A stretch of DNA of 24,223 nucleotides from a bacterium (GTDB lineage: Bacteria > UBP7 > UBA6624): NCBI GenBank assembly GCA_002716355.1, contig PBAU01000016.1:1-24223 (forward strand), written 5' to 3'. Within the stretch, counting starts at the first letter, position 1, and each line of letters opens with the position of its first letter. The translations under genes were made by a program, and so were the position numbers. This document shows positions 14,669 through 23,482 of the stretch, one piece after another. The notes beneath the pieces are model-generated. The model saw only the letters and a program-made list of their open reading frames with translations. It made no database searches and was not told where the DNA came from.

Positions 14669-15801
14669 TTCAAGTTTATTCTAATTCTGAGCAGGGAAAT
14701 TCTGTAGGGTTTCAATTTTATTCTAATGAAGAAAACATAGTATTGGATATACAAGGAACGCTATCTTTTGTCTCTGATGCTATTTTAGGAGATTTAATGA
14801 ATCCCGTTATGTTATATACTGTCGGCTCTAATGATAATATACCGCCAACAACAGAAAATGCTACATATATTTTAGATGAAGACACGTCTATCATGATTGA
14901 ATTATCAGCAACAGATATCGATGGAGATTCCCTGAATTTTATAATAAACAGTATGCCTGAGCATGGCACATTAACAGTATCTGGTAGTCTTGTACACTAT
15001 ATTCCTGCTCAAAATTATTTCGGGGAAGACAGCTTTACTTTTGTTGCATATGACGGCCAATCAAATTCTAACATTGCAACAGTTAGCTTAATTATTAATG
15101 GTATTAATGATCCCCCTTATTTAAGCCCTATTCCGGACGCGACTATTCAATTTGGCGATGTGTTTACTTATGCCTTAGAAGCTTATGACGTTGATAGTGA
15201 AAATATTATATATACAGCCACATCTTCAGGAGAAGGCGCAATCATTAATATTACAGACAATGTTTTAACAATTATGTCAGAAGTAGGAAACGTCATTTTC
15301 AATATTATTGTTACGGCTACTGATGGAAGTTTAACTGATTCAAAAGATTTTTTAATAACTGTATTAGAGCAGTCACAAACATGTATCGATGAAAATAACG
15401 ATGGGTGGTGTGACCATTTTCCCACTATTATATTAAATCAAGACTCAGTTGTATTATTGAGCACCAATGTTAGCGCAGAATATCAGGATATGGGGGCGTT
15501 GTGTTATGACAATGAAGATGGAGATATCTCTCATGTTGTTGAGGTAAGCGGAGAAATTGTTAATATGGCCATCCCTGATATGTATGAGATTAATTATCAT
15601 TGTGAGGATAGTGATGGCAATGAAGCACAAGCGTTAACTCGTACAGTAGTTGTCTATAGCCCTATAGTTGATGAAAATCAAGACGGATTTGATGATACAT
15701 CTTTTATAGAAGGAGCCTTGAGCGGAGACACCAATTTAGATGGAGTATTAAATGTTGCAGATATTGTAATGCTTATTAATGCAATTTTAAGTAACGAATA
15801 A
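14605..15801 (+). CDS. C-terminal fragment of the same interrupted gene: beta-rich domain, two cadherin-like domains, a DUF5011-like Ig domain, and a dockerin-like module
   Basis: The annotated ATG at 14605 is probably not a real start, because the N-terminal peptide MYWYSRSRRSA is out-of-frame read-through of the upstream ORF. The first cadherin-like domain is PPTTENATYILDEDTSIMIELSATDIDGDSLNF...GINDPP (14842-15117). The Ig-like segment is PTIILNQDSVVLL...YQDMGALCYDNEDGDISHVVEVSG...YEINYHCEDSDGNEAQALTRTVVVY (15421-15657). The C-terminal module is GDTNLDGVLNVADIVMLINAIL (15724-15789). Confidence 0.75.
   Translation: MYWYSRSRRSAPFFGGGYAFLIQVYSNSEQGNSVGFQFYSNEENIVLDIQGTLSFVSDAILGDLMNPVMLYTVGSNDNIPPTTENATYILDEDTSIMIELSATDIDGDSLNFIINSMPEHGTLTVSGSLVHYIPAQNYFGEDSFTFVAYDGQSNSNIATVSLIINGINDPPYLSPIPDATIQFGDVFTYALEAYDVDSENIIYTATSSGEGAIINITDNVLTIMSEVGNVIFNIIVTATDGSLTDSKDFLITVLEQSQTCIDENNDGWCDHFPTIILNQDSVVLLSTNVSAEYQDMGALCYDNEDGDISHVVEVSGEIVNMAIPDMYEINYHCEDSDGNEAQALTRTVVVYSPIVDENQDGFDDTSFIEGALSGDTNLDGVLNVADIVMLINAILSNE
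14636..14646 (+). other. C5T6 homopolymer junction where the reading frame breaks (frameshift site)
   Basis: Frame A reads GTG CCC CCT TTT TTG GAG (..VPPFLEEVTPF*). Frame B reads GCC CCC TTT TTT GGA GGA GGT TAC. Adding one C or one T gives VPPFFGGGYAFLIQVY and a continuous 594-aa protein spanning 14018-15801. Confidence 0.8.
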
Positions 15802-16712
15802 TGCTTAATACGATTCAAGAATTAAAACAAAAACACAACGCAGTAATTTTAGCTCATTATTATCAAGACCCTGAAATTCAAGACATGGCAGATTTTGTTG
15901 GTGATAGCTTAGAGCTATCACGCAAAGCGGCAGGAACTGATGCAGATGTTATTTTGTTTTGCGGTGTTCATTTTATGGCAGAAACCGCAAAAATTGTTAA
16001 TCCAAATAAAAAAGTAATCATTCCAGATATGGATGCAGGCTGTTCTTTAGCTGATAGCGCACCGGCTGATTTATTTAAAAAATGGATTCAAAATCACCCG
16101 GATCATATTGTAGTATCTTATATAAATTGTTCTGCCGAAGTGAAGGCGTTATCAGATATCATTTGTACTTCTGCAAATGCCAAAAAAGTTGTTGAATCAA
16201 TTCCTGAAAATAAAAAAATTCTTTTTGCTCCTGATCGTTTTCTTGGAAAATATATTATAAAGGAAACAGGAAGAGATATGGTTTTATGGAATGGCTCTTG
16301 CCAGGTTCATGAAATTTTTTCTGAAAAAGAACTTGTTAAATTAATAACAAAACACCCAAGAGCAAAAGTGTTAGCACACCCTGAATGTGATGAAAATATT
16401 TTAATTCATGCAAACTTTATTGGGTCAACAAGCGCCCTTATTAATTATGTAAACAACTCTAATGATACACAATATATCATTGGGACAGAGCCAGGGGTTA
16501 TACACCAAATGCAAAAACACAATAAAAATAAAGAATTTATTCCATTGCCAACCAATACAGGATGTGCATGTAATGAGTGTCCTCATATGAGACTTAATAC
16601 AAAAGACAAGATTATTGACTCTCTAAAAAATTTAAAACACGAAATTGTTATTGATGAAGCATTAAGAATCAAGGCACTTCAACCATTAAATAGAATGCTA
16701 GATATTGTATGA
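15801..16712 (+). CDS. nadA: Quinolinate synthase NadA
   Basis: 303-aa ORF with the N-terminal NAVILAHYYQDPEIQD... and AHPEC, plus conserved Cys ligand positions typical of NadA. The start overlaps the upstream stop by 1 nt (TAATG). Confidence 0.95.
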   Translation: MLNTIQELKQKHNAVILAHYYQDPEIQDMADFVGDSLELSRKAAGTDADVILFCGVHFMAETAKIVNPNKKVIIPDMDAGCSLADSAPADLFKKWIQNHPDHIVVSYINCSAEVKALSDIICTSANAKKVVESIPENKKILFAPDRFLGKYIIKETGRDMVLWNGSCQVHEIFSEKELVKLITKHPRAKVLAHPECDENILIHANFIGSTSALINYVNNSNDTQYIIGTEPGVIHQMQKHNKNKEFIPLPTNTGCACNECPHMRLNTKDKIIDSLKNLKHEIVIDEALRIKALQPLNRMLDIV

Positions 16713-17560
16713 CACGCTTTAAACAATATAATGTTTTAGATGAACAATTTATTCTTAAAAAATTAAATGAATTTTTTCAAGAAGATAATATTAACAATGA
16801 TATTACAACCCATTCAACGCAAACAAACCAAACAGTAATAGCTAAATTAGTTGCTCGAGAACCCATGGTTTTTGCTGGAGCTCAAATTATTAAACAAGGC
16901 TTTATAGACTGTAATATAATTGATCTTGTATTAGATGGGAAGCATCTGATGGCCAGCGATATCATTGCTAGCATTAAAGGCCCTATAAACGAGATTTTAA
17001 AAAAAGAGCGTGTTATTTTAAATTTAATTCAACGTCTTTGTGGAATTGCCAGCATTACACATGATTTGGCAACAATAACAAAACCCTATAATATTGAATT
17101 ACTAGATACGCGTAAAACAACACCAGGGCTACGAGCCTTTGAAAAGTTTGCCGTATCTATTGGAGGCGGAATAAATCATCGCTTTAGTTTAAAAGATGCT
17201 GTAATGATTAAAGATAACCATTTGATAGAAAATAAAGATATTATTAACATTGTTTTACAAGCTAAAACAAGAAACCCAGATAAAGATATCCAGGTTGAAG
17301 TTGATACAAAAGAACAATTAGAGCAAGCGCTAAAATCTGAGGCTACATCTATTTTGTTAGATAATTTTCATCCAGATGAGCTCCCTGCACTTATTGCATA
17401 TATAAAATCTCATGAACAAGGCAAAACAAAATATATTGAAATTTCTGGAGGCATTACAGCACAAACATTATCACGCTTTTGTATTGAGGGCATTAATGGC
17501 ATATCAATGGGTTCTATAACGCACAACATTCAAAGTAAGGATATTGGCTTAGATATCTAA
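16709..17560 (+). CDS. nadC: Nicotinate-nucleotide pyrophosphorylase (quinolinate phosphoribosyltransferase) NadC
   Basis: 283-aa ORF with LLDTRKTTPGLR and IKDNH motifs. It has an ATGA overlap with nadA. Confidence 0.93.
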   Translation: MTRFKQYNVLDEQFILKKLNEFFQEDNINNDITTHSTQTNQTVIAKLVAREPMVFAGAQIIKQGFIDCNIIDLVLDGKHLMASDIIASIKGPINEILKKERVILNLIQRLCGIASITHDLATITKPYNIELLDTRKTTPGLRAFEKFAVSIGGGINHRFSLKDAVMIKDNHLIENKDIINIVLQAKTRNPDKDIQVEVDTKEQLEQALKSEATSILLDNFHPDELPALIAYIKSHEQGKTKYIEISGGITAQTLSRFCIEGINGISMGSITHNIQSKDIGLDI

Positions 17561-19113
17561 TGAATAAAAAATATACAGATATTTTAATCATCGGTGTTGG
17601 TCTTGCTGGTATTACAGCAGCGATAACAGCTGCAAAAAGTGGAAAAAAAATTACTATAATAACTAAAACCAAATCATTAACATCAGGCAATACGCCTTGG
17701 GCACAAGGTGGAATTGTGTTTAAAGGACTAAACGATTCTCCCGAAAAGCTTAAACAAGATATTCTTAATGCGGGAGCAGGCCATTGCTGGGAAGAGGCAG
17801 TAGATCATTTATGTAAACATGGACCACGGCTAGTTAAGGAAATTCTGATTGATACACTAAATGTTCAATTTGATCAAGATATGCAAACCTCTGATTTTAA
17901 GAGAGTTTCAGAAGGAGCTCATAGCGATGCGCGCGTTATTTATAATCAAGATAAAACGGGTGTCAGCATTCATGCGGCAGCATTAGCTTATTTAAAAACT
18001 TTAAAAAATGTAAAAATACTCAACGAACATATAGCCATTGATTTATTAACATTCTCTCACCATTCAACAGAGTCTACAGATATTTATAAAAAACCTGCAT
18101 GCTTTGGAGCAATGGTTTTAAATAATCAAACTAATATTGTAGTACCAATGTTAGCATCAAAAACAATTTTAGCTACAGGAGGTTTAGGGCAAATATTTTT
18201 ACACACCACCAATCCCAAAGAAGCAACAGGCGATGGTATTGCGATGGCATGGAGGGCAGGAGCCCGATGCTTCAATTTGCATTATGTACAGTTTCATCCC
18301 ACTGCACTATATCACCCATCTGGACGTTTTTTAATTTCTGAAGCATTACGAGGAGAAGGAGCAAAGCTAATGAATTCTCAGGGATATGAATTCATGCAAG
18401 ACTATCATAATCTTGGAGCGCTTGCACCAAGAGATGTTGTTTCTAGAGCCATACATATGGAAATGATTAAAGAAGATGTTGATTGTATGTTTTTAGATAT
18501 ATCTCATAAAGAAGCAGATTGGATTAAAAAACGCTTTCCAACAATTTTTAATTATTGTATCAATAAAGGCATAGACATCACACAAGAATCTATTCCTGTT
18601 GTACCTGCCGCCCATTATAGCTGTGGAGGCATTGGTGTAAATTTAGTTGGAAAAACTTCATTAAAAAGATTATATGCTATTGGAGAAAGTGCATGTAGCG
18701 GTTTACATGGAGCCAATCGATTAGCCAGCACTTCATTATTAGAATGTCTTGTATGGGGACATTTTGCAGGTAAAGATGCTATTGAAGACAAAGATGATTC
18801 AGATTATTTCCCTCCTATAGGCAAATGGGAACAAGGAAAACAAACAATTGATCACTCAAGTATTGCACAAGAATGGTTAAGTATTAAAAATACAATGTGG
18901 AATTTAGCTGGACTAATTCGATCTCCAAATAAATTACATTCTGCTATGCATACATTAAGGAATCTGCAATCCGACATTGAACAATTATATCAAAATAGCA
19001 TTTTACATTCTAATATTATATCGCTTAGAAATGGAGCTCAGACAGCACTAGCAGTGATAGCTTCTGCTACAGAAGCGCGAGAAAGTTGTGGTACGCACTA
19101 TGTTGAAGAATGA
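17560..19113 (+). CDS. nadB: L-aspartate oxidase NadB
   Basis: 517-aa ORF with the FAD motif ILIIGVGLAGITAA, AQGGI, and GANRLASTSLLECLV. It has a TAATG overlap with nadC. Confidence 0.95.
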   Translation: MNKKYTDILIIGVGLAGITAAITAAKSGKKITIITKTKSLTSGNTPWAQGGIVFKGLNDSPEKLKQDILNAGAGHCWEEAVDHLCKHGPRLVKEILIDTLNVQFDQDMQTSDFKRVSEGAHSDARVIYNQDKTGVSIHAAALAYLKTLKNVKILNEHIAIDLLTFSHHSTESTDIYKKPACFGAMVLNNQTNIVVPMLASKTILATGGLGQIFLHTTNPKEATGDGIAMAWRAGARCFNLHYVQFHPTALYHPSGRFLISEALRGEGAKLMNSQGYEFMQDYHNLGALAPRDVVSRAIHMEMIKEDVDCMFLDISHKEADWIKKRFPTIFNYCINKGIDITQESIPVVPAAHYSCGGIGVNLVGKTSLKRLYAIGESACSGLHGANRLASTSLLECLVWGHFAGKDAIEDKDDSDYFPPIGKWEQGKQTIDHSSIAQEWLSIKNTMWNLAGLIRSPNKLHSAMHTLRNLQSDIEQLYQNSILHSNIISLRNGAQTALAVIASATEARESCGTHYVEE

Positions 19114-19940
19114 AATGTAATATTATCTATTAATCTTACAGCATTAAAAAAGACAGCAGTGCTTATTAAAACCTCTTGATTATCCAAGATATTAATTTCC
19201 TCCAAGGTATCAGAATTTGCTATTGAGATATAGTCTACAGACATATTAGGGTTTATGGAAATTGTATCACAAAAATCTTGTTTTAATTGTTTGATATTGT
19301 GATTTTTACTTAATCCAACTGCAATGTGTTTTAAACTTCGATAAATAATAGAAGCGATTTTTTTTTCTGTCTCTGTTAGATAATGATTTCGACTACTTAA
19401 AGCCAAGCCGTTCTTATCGCGAACAGTAGGGCAGGCAATAAGCTGGAGGGGATATTTCATGGTATTTATCATTTGTTTAATAATGCGTAATTGTTGAGCA
19501 TCTTTTTCTCCAAAAAATGTGTGGGTAGGAATAATGACATTAAATAATTTTGCAACAATAGTTGTTACACCATAAAAAAAATGAGGCCTTGATTTGCCCT
19601 CTAACCTATCAAATAATTTTGAAGGAGGTATAGAAACTTCCTGGACATTTTTATACATCTCATTGTAGTTAGGTAAAAATAAAACATCAACACCTAAATT
19701 TTGTAGATATTTTATATCTTCATTTAAAGTATTAGGATAAGACTCAAGATCTTCATTTGGGGAAAACTGAGTAGGGTTTAAAAAAATCGATACTACTGTA
19801 ATATTACAGAGATTTAGCGATTTTTTAACAAGAGAAAAATGCCCATTATGTAGCGCTCCTAGAGTAGGGACAAACCCTACAGACCCTTTATTTTGTTTGC
19901 GCCAAGCATTATATTCTTGAGCAGTTTTTAAAATAATCAT
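19098..19940 (-). CDS. panC: Pantoate--beta-alanine ligase PanC
   Basis: 280-aa ORF with VPTLGALHNGHFSLV (the PTMG.LH.GH motif) and FGEKDAQQL. It has a 4-nt overlap with panB. Confidence 0.93.
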   Translation of the reverse strand: MIILKTAQEYNAWRKQNKGSVGFVPTLGALHNGHFSLVKKSLNLCNITVVSIFLNPTQFSPNEDLESYPNTLNEDIKYLQNLGVDVLFLPNYNEMYKNVQEVSIPPSKLFDRLEGKSRPHFFYGVTTIVAKLFNVIIPTHTFFGEKDAQQLRIIKQMINTMKYPLQLIACPTVRDKNGLALSSRNHYLTETEKKIASIIYRSLKHIAVGLSKNHNIKQLKQDFCDTISINPNMSVDYISIANSDTLEEINILDNQEVLISTAVFFNAVRLIDNITFHSST

Positions 19941-20710
19941 GAACTATTTTCAACATCTGATTTATATTGTGTAACAATATTTTGAATTTTTGAATATATA
20001 TTATCATATGTCTGTGCATGCTTAGGGGCCTTCTCTCTAGATAGCCCAATAATATCATGAAATACTTGAATTTGGCCATCACAATTATTGCCTGAACCAA
20101 TACCAATTGTTGGGATAGTTAGTTGTTGAGTAATTTCTTTTGCAAGAATTTCAGGAATACATTCTAGCACAACACCAAAAGCTCCAGCATTTTCTACGGC
20201 CCTTGCATCACTAATAATTTTTTGAGCCTCTTCAGGTGTTTTTCCTTGAATTTTATAGCCAGATAATTGATGATAAGATTGAGGTGTTAATCCAACATGA
20301 CCCAAGACAGGAATTCCATAATCAACCAATGTTTGTATATGTTTTTTTACTTGTAATCCACCTTCTAACTTTACAGCGCCAGCACCCCCATTTTTAATCA
20401 GCGTTCCTGCGTTTTTAATAGTATCTTCTATAGATGTTTGATAAGATAAAAAAGGCATATCTGCAACGACTAAGGCCTGTTTAGCTGCTCTAGAAACAGC
20501 ACGAACGACCAACAACATTTCTTCCATAGAAATAGGAATTGTGGTATCGTAGCCATACATAGTCATAGAGGCACTATCACCAACTAATATTAAGGGGATA
20601 TCAGCGGAATCAATAATTTGAGCAGAATTAAAATCATAGGCTGTTAATGTAGCAAAAGGCAACTTAGATTTTTTGAGATTTTTTATATCTTGAATAGTTT
20701 TACGCTTCAC
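19937..20710 (-). CDS. panB: 3-methyl-2-oxobutanoate hydroxymethyltransferase PanB
   Basis: 257-aa ORF with TAYD, LVGDSASM and AVKLEGG motifs. Confidence 0.95.
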   Translation of the reverse strand: MKRKTIQDIKNLKKSKLPFATLTAYDFNSAQIIDSADIPLILVGDSASMTMYGYDTTIPISMEEMLLVVRAVSRAAKQALVVADMPFLSYQTSIEDTIKNAGTLIKNGGAGAVKLEGGLQVKKHIQTLVDYGIPVLGHVGLTPQSYHQLSGYKIQGKTPEEAQKIISDARAVENAGAFGVVLECIPEILAKEITQQLTIPTIGIGSGNNCDGQIQVFHDIIGLSREKAPKHAQTYDNIYSKIQNIVTQYKSDVENSS

Positions 20711-21057
20711 TCAACAATTTCATTTTTTCGATTAACATGAATAATTTTTGGCTCATATGCCCTAGCATCATCACTATGAATATCGCCATATGCAACAATA
20801 ATCACCAAATCACCCTTGGTTGCTAAGTGTGCAGCAGCACCATTAATACAAATTTCTCCAGAATTTTTAGGAGCAGGAATTACATAAGTAATCAATCTGT
20901 TTCCATTGCTAATATTTAGAACATGAACTTGTTCATATTCTATCAAATTAGCAGCAGCCATTAAATTTTTATCGATACTAATAGAACCAATATAATCTAA
21001 ATTAGCTTCCGTAACAGTTGCTCGATGAATTTTTGATTTTAATAGTTTTATTTTCAT
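20707..21057 (-). CDS. panD: Aspartate 1-decarboxylase PanD (pyruvoyl-dependent)
   Basis: 116-aa ORF with KSKIHRATVTEANLDYIGSISID, including the Gly-Ser self-processing site. Confidence 0.95.
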   Translation of the reverse strand: MKIKLLKSKIHRATVTEANLDYIGSISIDKNLMAAANLIEYEQVHVLNISNGNRLITYVIPAPKNSGEICINGAAAHLATKGDLVIIVAYGDIHSDDARAYEPKIIHVNRKNEIVE

Positions 21058-21191
21058 AGAAATTAATCAATCAATAATATTGCTAATTTAATAATAAAAA
21101 TAGTTAGATATTACTTGTTATTTCAACAGGAATATTAATACTTTCTTATGTGCACTTTCTAGCAAATTCTAAGTAAATAGGGAGACTTATT
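21058..21191. promoter_or_regulatory. Divergent intergenic region presumed to hold promoters for the pan operon (minus strand) and the 21192 gene cluster (plus strand)
   Basis: This is the only gap over 100 nt between divergent genes on this side of the window. The SD GGGAG (21180-21184) lies 7 nt before the TTG start at 21192. I could not pick convincing -35/-10 hexamers against the AT-rich background. Confidence 0.4.
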
Positions 21192-22139
21192 TTGAAATAC
21201 CAAATTAAATTTATTTATTTATTTCTTATAATTATTTTTATTGGACATAATTGTGCTGCTAATAGTGAGCGCGTACAAGCCAAAGCAGATAAAAAGGCAC
21301 AAAAAATTGCCAAAGCAGAGCAAAAAAAAGCAGAGAAAAATGCTAAGAAAGATGCAAAAAAATCAAAAAGAAATAAAAAGCAGAATAATACCACTATAAA
21401 AGCTCCAACTAAAAAAACCAAAACCAGTCATGTTGCCCAAAATTATGAGGCATTAATTGAAGCGAATATAGAAGCAATATCCGAATTAGAGGCAAAAATA
21501 AACTATTTAGAAGAAAATTTAGCTTTTTATCAAGCTGGAAATAGTGCAGAGCTTTCTTCAAATAATTCAATTTTTAATAAAAAAATTATTTTAAATAATG
21601 GCAGTAGCATTTTTGGCAAGATTGTTTTTCAAGACGACTACATTATCCAGGTTGAAACAATTATTGGAACTCTTACTATTGATAAAAATAGCGTAATTAG
21701 AGTTGTTGATTTTCAAATGAGCCAACTAGATGCTAATCAAGATATGATTAATTTAAATGTAGTGCAAAATGCAACGAGCAATCAAAATACAGAAAGCCAA
21801 TTTTTAAATTCTGCAAAAGTTATTTTACTAGGTGAATTTCTTGAGACTAAGGATGAAAATAACAATACATTGTTATCTGGAGAAGTCAAAAATATCGGAG
21901 TTAAAAGAGCCGATTTTGTTAAAATTACATTTACAATTTTTAAAGATGGGAACTATAATTCTTCAACGGCAGAATACACTGCGTTTGTCAATGGATCAGA
22001 AGTTGTATTTGATGGTAGAATTTCATCGAATTCCTCATTGTATTCTCATGAAACAGGATCTTTTTCAGTGGTCATCCCAAATGACTTTGGTCCCTTTCTT
22101 AGCTATTCTTATGTAATTGATTGGGAGCAATATGAATGA
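21192..22139 (+). CDS. Hypothetical secreted protein: signal peptide, Lys/Ala-rich low-complexity segment, coiled coil, and two beta-rich domains
   Basis: TTG start with a good SD. The signal peptide is MKYQIKFIYLFLIIIFIGHNCAA. The low-complexity run is KADKKAQKIAKAEQKKAEKNAKKDAKKSKRNKKQ. The C-terminal ~110 aa (SGEVKNIGVKRADFVKITFTIF...) resembles small beta-sandwich FxLYD/DUF-type domains, but that recognition is weak. Confidence 0.7.
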   Translation: MKYQIKFIYLFLIIIFIGHNCAANSERVQAKADKKAQKIAKAEQKKAEKNAKKDAKKSKRNKKQNNTTIKAPTKKTKTSHVAQNYEALIEANIEAISELEAKINYLEENLAFYQAGNSAELSSNNSIFNKKIILNNGSSIFGKIVFQDDYIIQVETIIGTLTIDKNSVIRVVDFQMSQLDANQDMINLNVVQNATSNQNTESQFLNSAKVILLGEFLETKDENNNTLLSGEVKNIGVKRADFVKITFTIFKDGNYNSSTAEYTAFVNGSEVVFDGRISSNSSLYSHETGSFSVVIPNDFGPFLSYSYVIDWEQYE

Positions 22140-23466
22140 GATATCATACAAAAAGCTGTATTTGATATGTCTAATTTTTTGTTGTTCAATTCTTTTTTGT
22201 AATACACGAGTTGGTTTTTCAAGACCAGGATCAATTATTAGAACTCCAGGTATTATTGAACATGAGCAATTTAACCAATATATTATAGGTTTTTCTGGAG
22301 AAGTTACTCATGCAACTGATTTAAATTATGCATCATCAATTTATTTTCATAGCCTATTAGCAGATAAATATCATTTTGGATTAACCTATAATAGGCCTGC
22401 TAGTATAGACATTGATTATATCGCACCTCCATCGTTTGCCAGTTTTCATATTCATACCCAAATTTACAAAAGAAACAACATTGGTATTAATCTGGGTATT
22501 CATGATGTTCTATATGAATCACAAAACAATCACCAAATTTCCCTATTTGCTTTATTTTCATATAATCAGCCTATTAGTGTAGACTATAATATTGAAACAA
22601 CATTTGGTTTTGGTACAGGCTACTTAAGCTTTGATTCTCATCGCTATACTGATTCTTCAACAAACACAATGAACAACCTGTTTGTTGGTTTGAAATTACA
22701 CACCCCTCTAATGTCAAAAAACGGAGGTGTAAAATTTTTATTAGAATATGATGGGTGGGGAATCAATATGGGGACATCCTTGCCTGTATCTCCTGCCTGG
22801 ACTATCCAAATTGGGATCACGCACCTTGAAAATTTAGCTCAATTTGGTGATTGGGATGCAAACAATACCATTTATCAAAACACCCCAGCTTTAGCTTTAG
22901 GGTTTCAAATGAATATTCCTAAAGTAAAATATAAAAAAATTAATTCTTCAATTACTGGGCTCAATACAATTTATAATCAATTACCCTATGACGAATCTAT
23001 TGATTCACTAGTTAGGCATGCAACAGTTCTAGTAGAGTCTTTAGAAGACTCATTATTATTCAAACACCAAGAATCAACAAGCCTAAATATGGAAAACCAG
23101 CTATTAAACCAACAAATAAATAGTTTAGAAGATTCCTTGAGACATTTAAAACTTGATTTAGTAATTTCTGAAGTTAATTTAAATAAAGCAATGAAATATT
23201 TATCAAATTCATTAAATTTATATTATACGCAAAACTATAGTCTAGCATTGGAGGAAACTGATAAGGCTATTAATATTTATCCAAACTTAGCAATTTCATA
23301 TGCTAGAAAAGGTTCAATTTATTATAAATTAAATGATATAAAACGTGCAACAATTAACTGGAATATTGCATTGAAACTAGATCCAGAATATCAAGAAGTT
23401 CGAAATGTTTTAATGCAAATAAAACAAAATAATAGTATTAAAGAAAATATAAAATTACCTGAATAA
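22132..23466 (+). CDS. Hypothetical exported protein: beta-rich N-terminal domain (~250 aa), coiled coil, and C-terminal TPR
   Basis: I prefer ATG 22132 over the ORF-track TTG at 22117, because the SD GGGAG sits at 22123-22127 and there is an ATGAATGA overlap with the upstream stop. The signal-like N-terminus is MNEISYKKLYLICLIFCCSILFC. The heptad-like segment is LNMENQLLNQQINSLEDSLRHLKLDL. The TPR is AINIYPNLAISYARKGSIYYKLNDIKRATINWNIALKLDPEYQE. Confidence 0.75.
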   Translation: MNEISYKKLYLICLIFCCSILFCNTRVGFSRPGSIIRTPGIIEHEQFNQYIIGFSGEVTHATDLNYASSIYFHSLLADKYHFGLTYNRPASIDIDYIAPPSFASFHIHTQIYKRNNIGINLGIHDVLYESQNNHQISLFALFSYNQPISVDYNIETTFGFGTGYLSFDSHRYTDSSTNTMNNLFVGLKLHTPLMSKNGGVKFLLEYDGWGINMGTSLPVSPAWTIQIGITHLENLAQFGDWDANNTIYQNTPALALGFQMNIPKVKYKKINSSITGLNTIYNQLPYDESIDSLVRHATVLVESLEDSLLFKHQESTSLNMENQLLNQQINSLEDSLRHLKLDLVISEVNLNKAMKYLSNSLNLYYTQNYSLALEETDKAINIYPNLAISYARKGSIYYKLNDIKRATINWNIALKLDPEYQEVRNVLMQIKQNNSIKENIKLPE

Positions 23467-23482
23467 ATTAAAAGGAGTATGA

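Noticed and set aside
19909-20106. A 65-aa minus-strand ORF spanning the panB/panC junction.
   Set aside because: It is out of frame inside the 3' end of panB and the start of panC, both of which have full-length family signatures, so it is a shadow ORF.
21215-21421. A 68-aa minus-strand Phe/Leu-rich ORF.
   Set aside because: It is antisense to the Lys/Ala-rich (AAA/GCA-rich) segment of the 21192 gene, so it is a compositional artefact.
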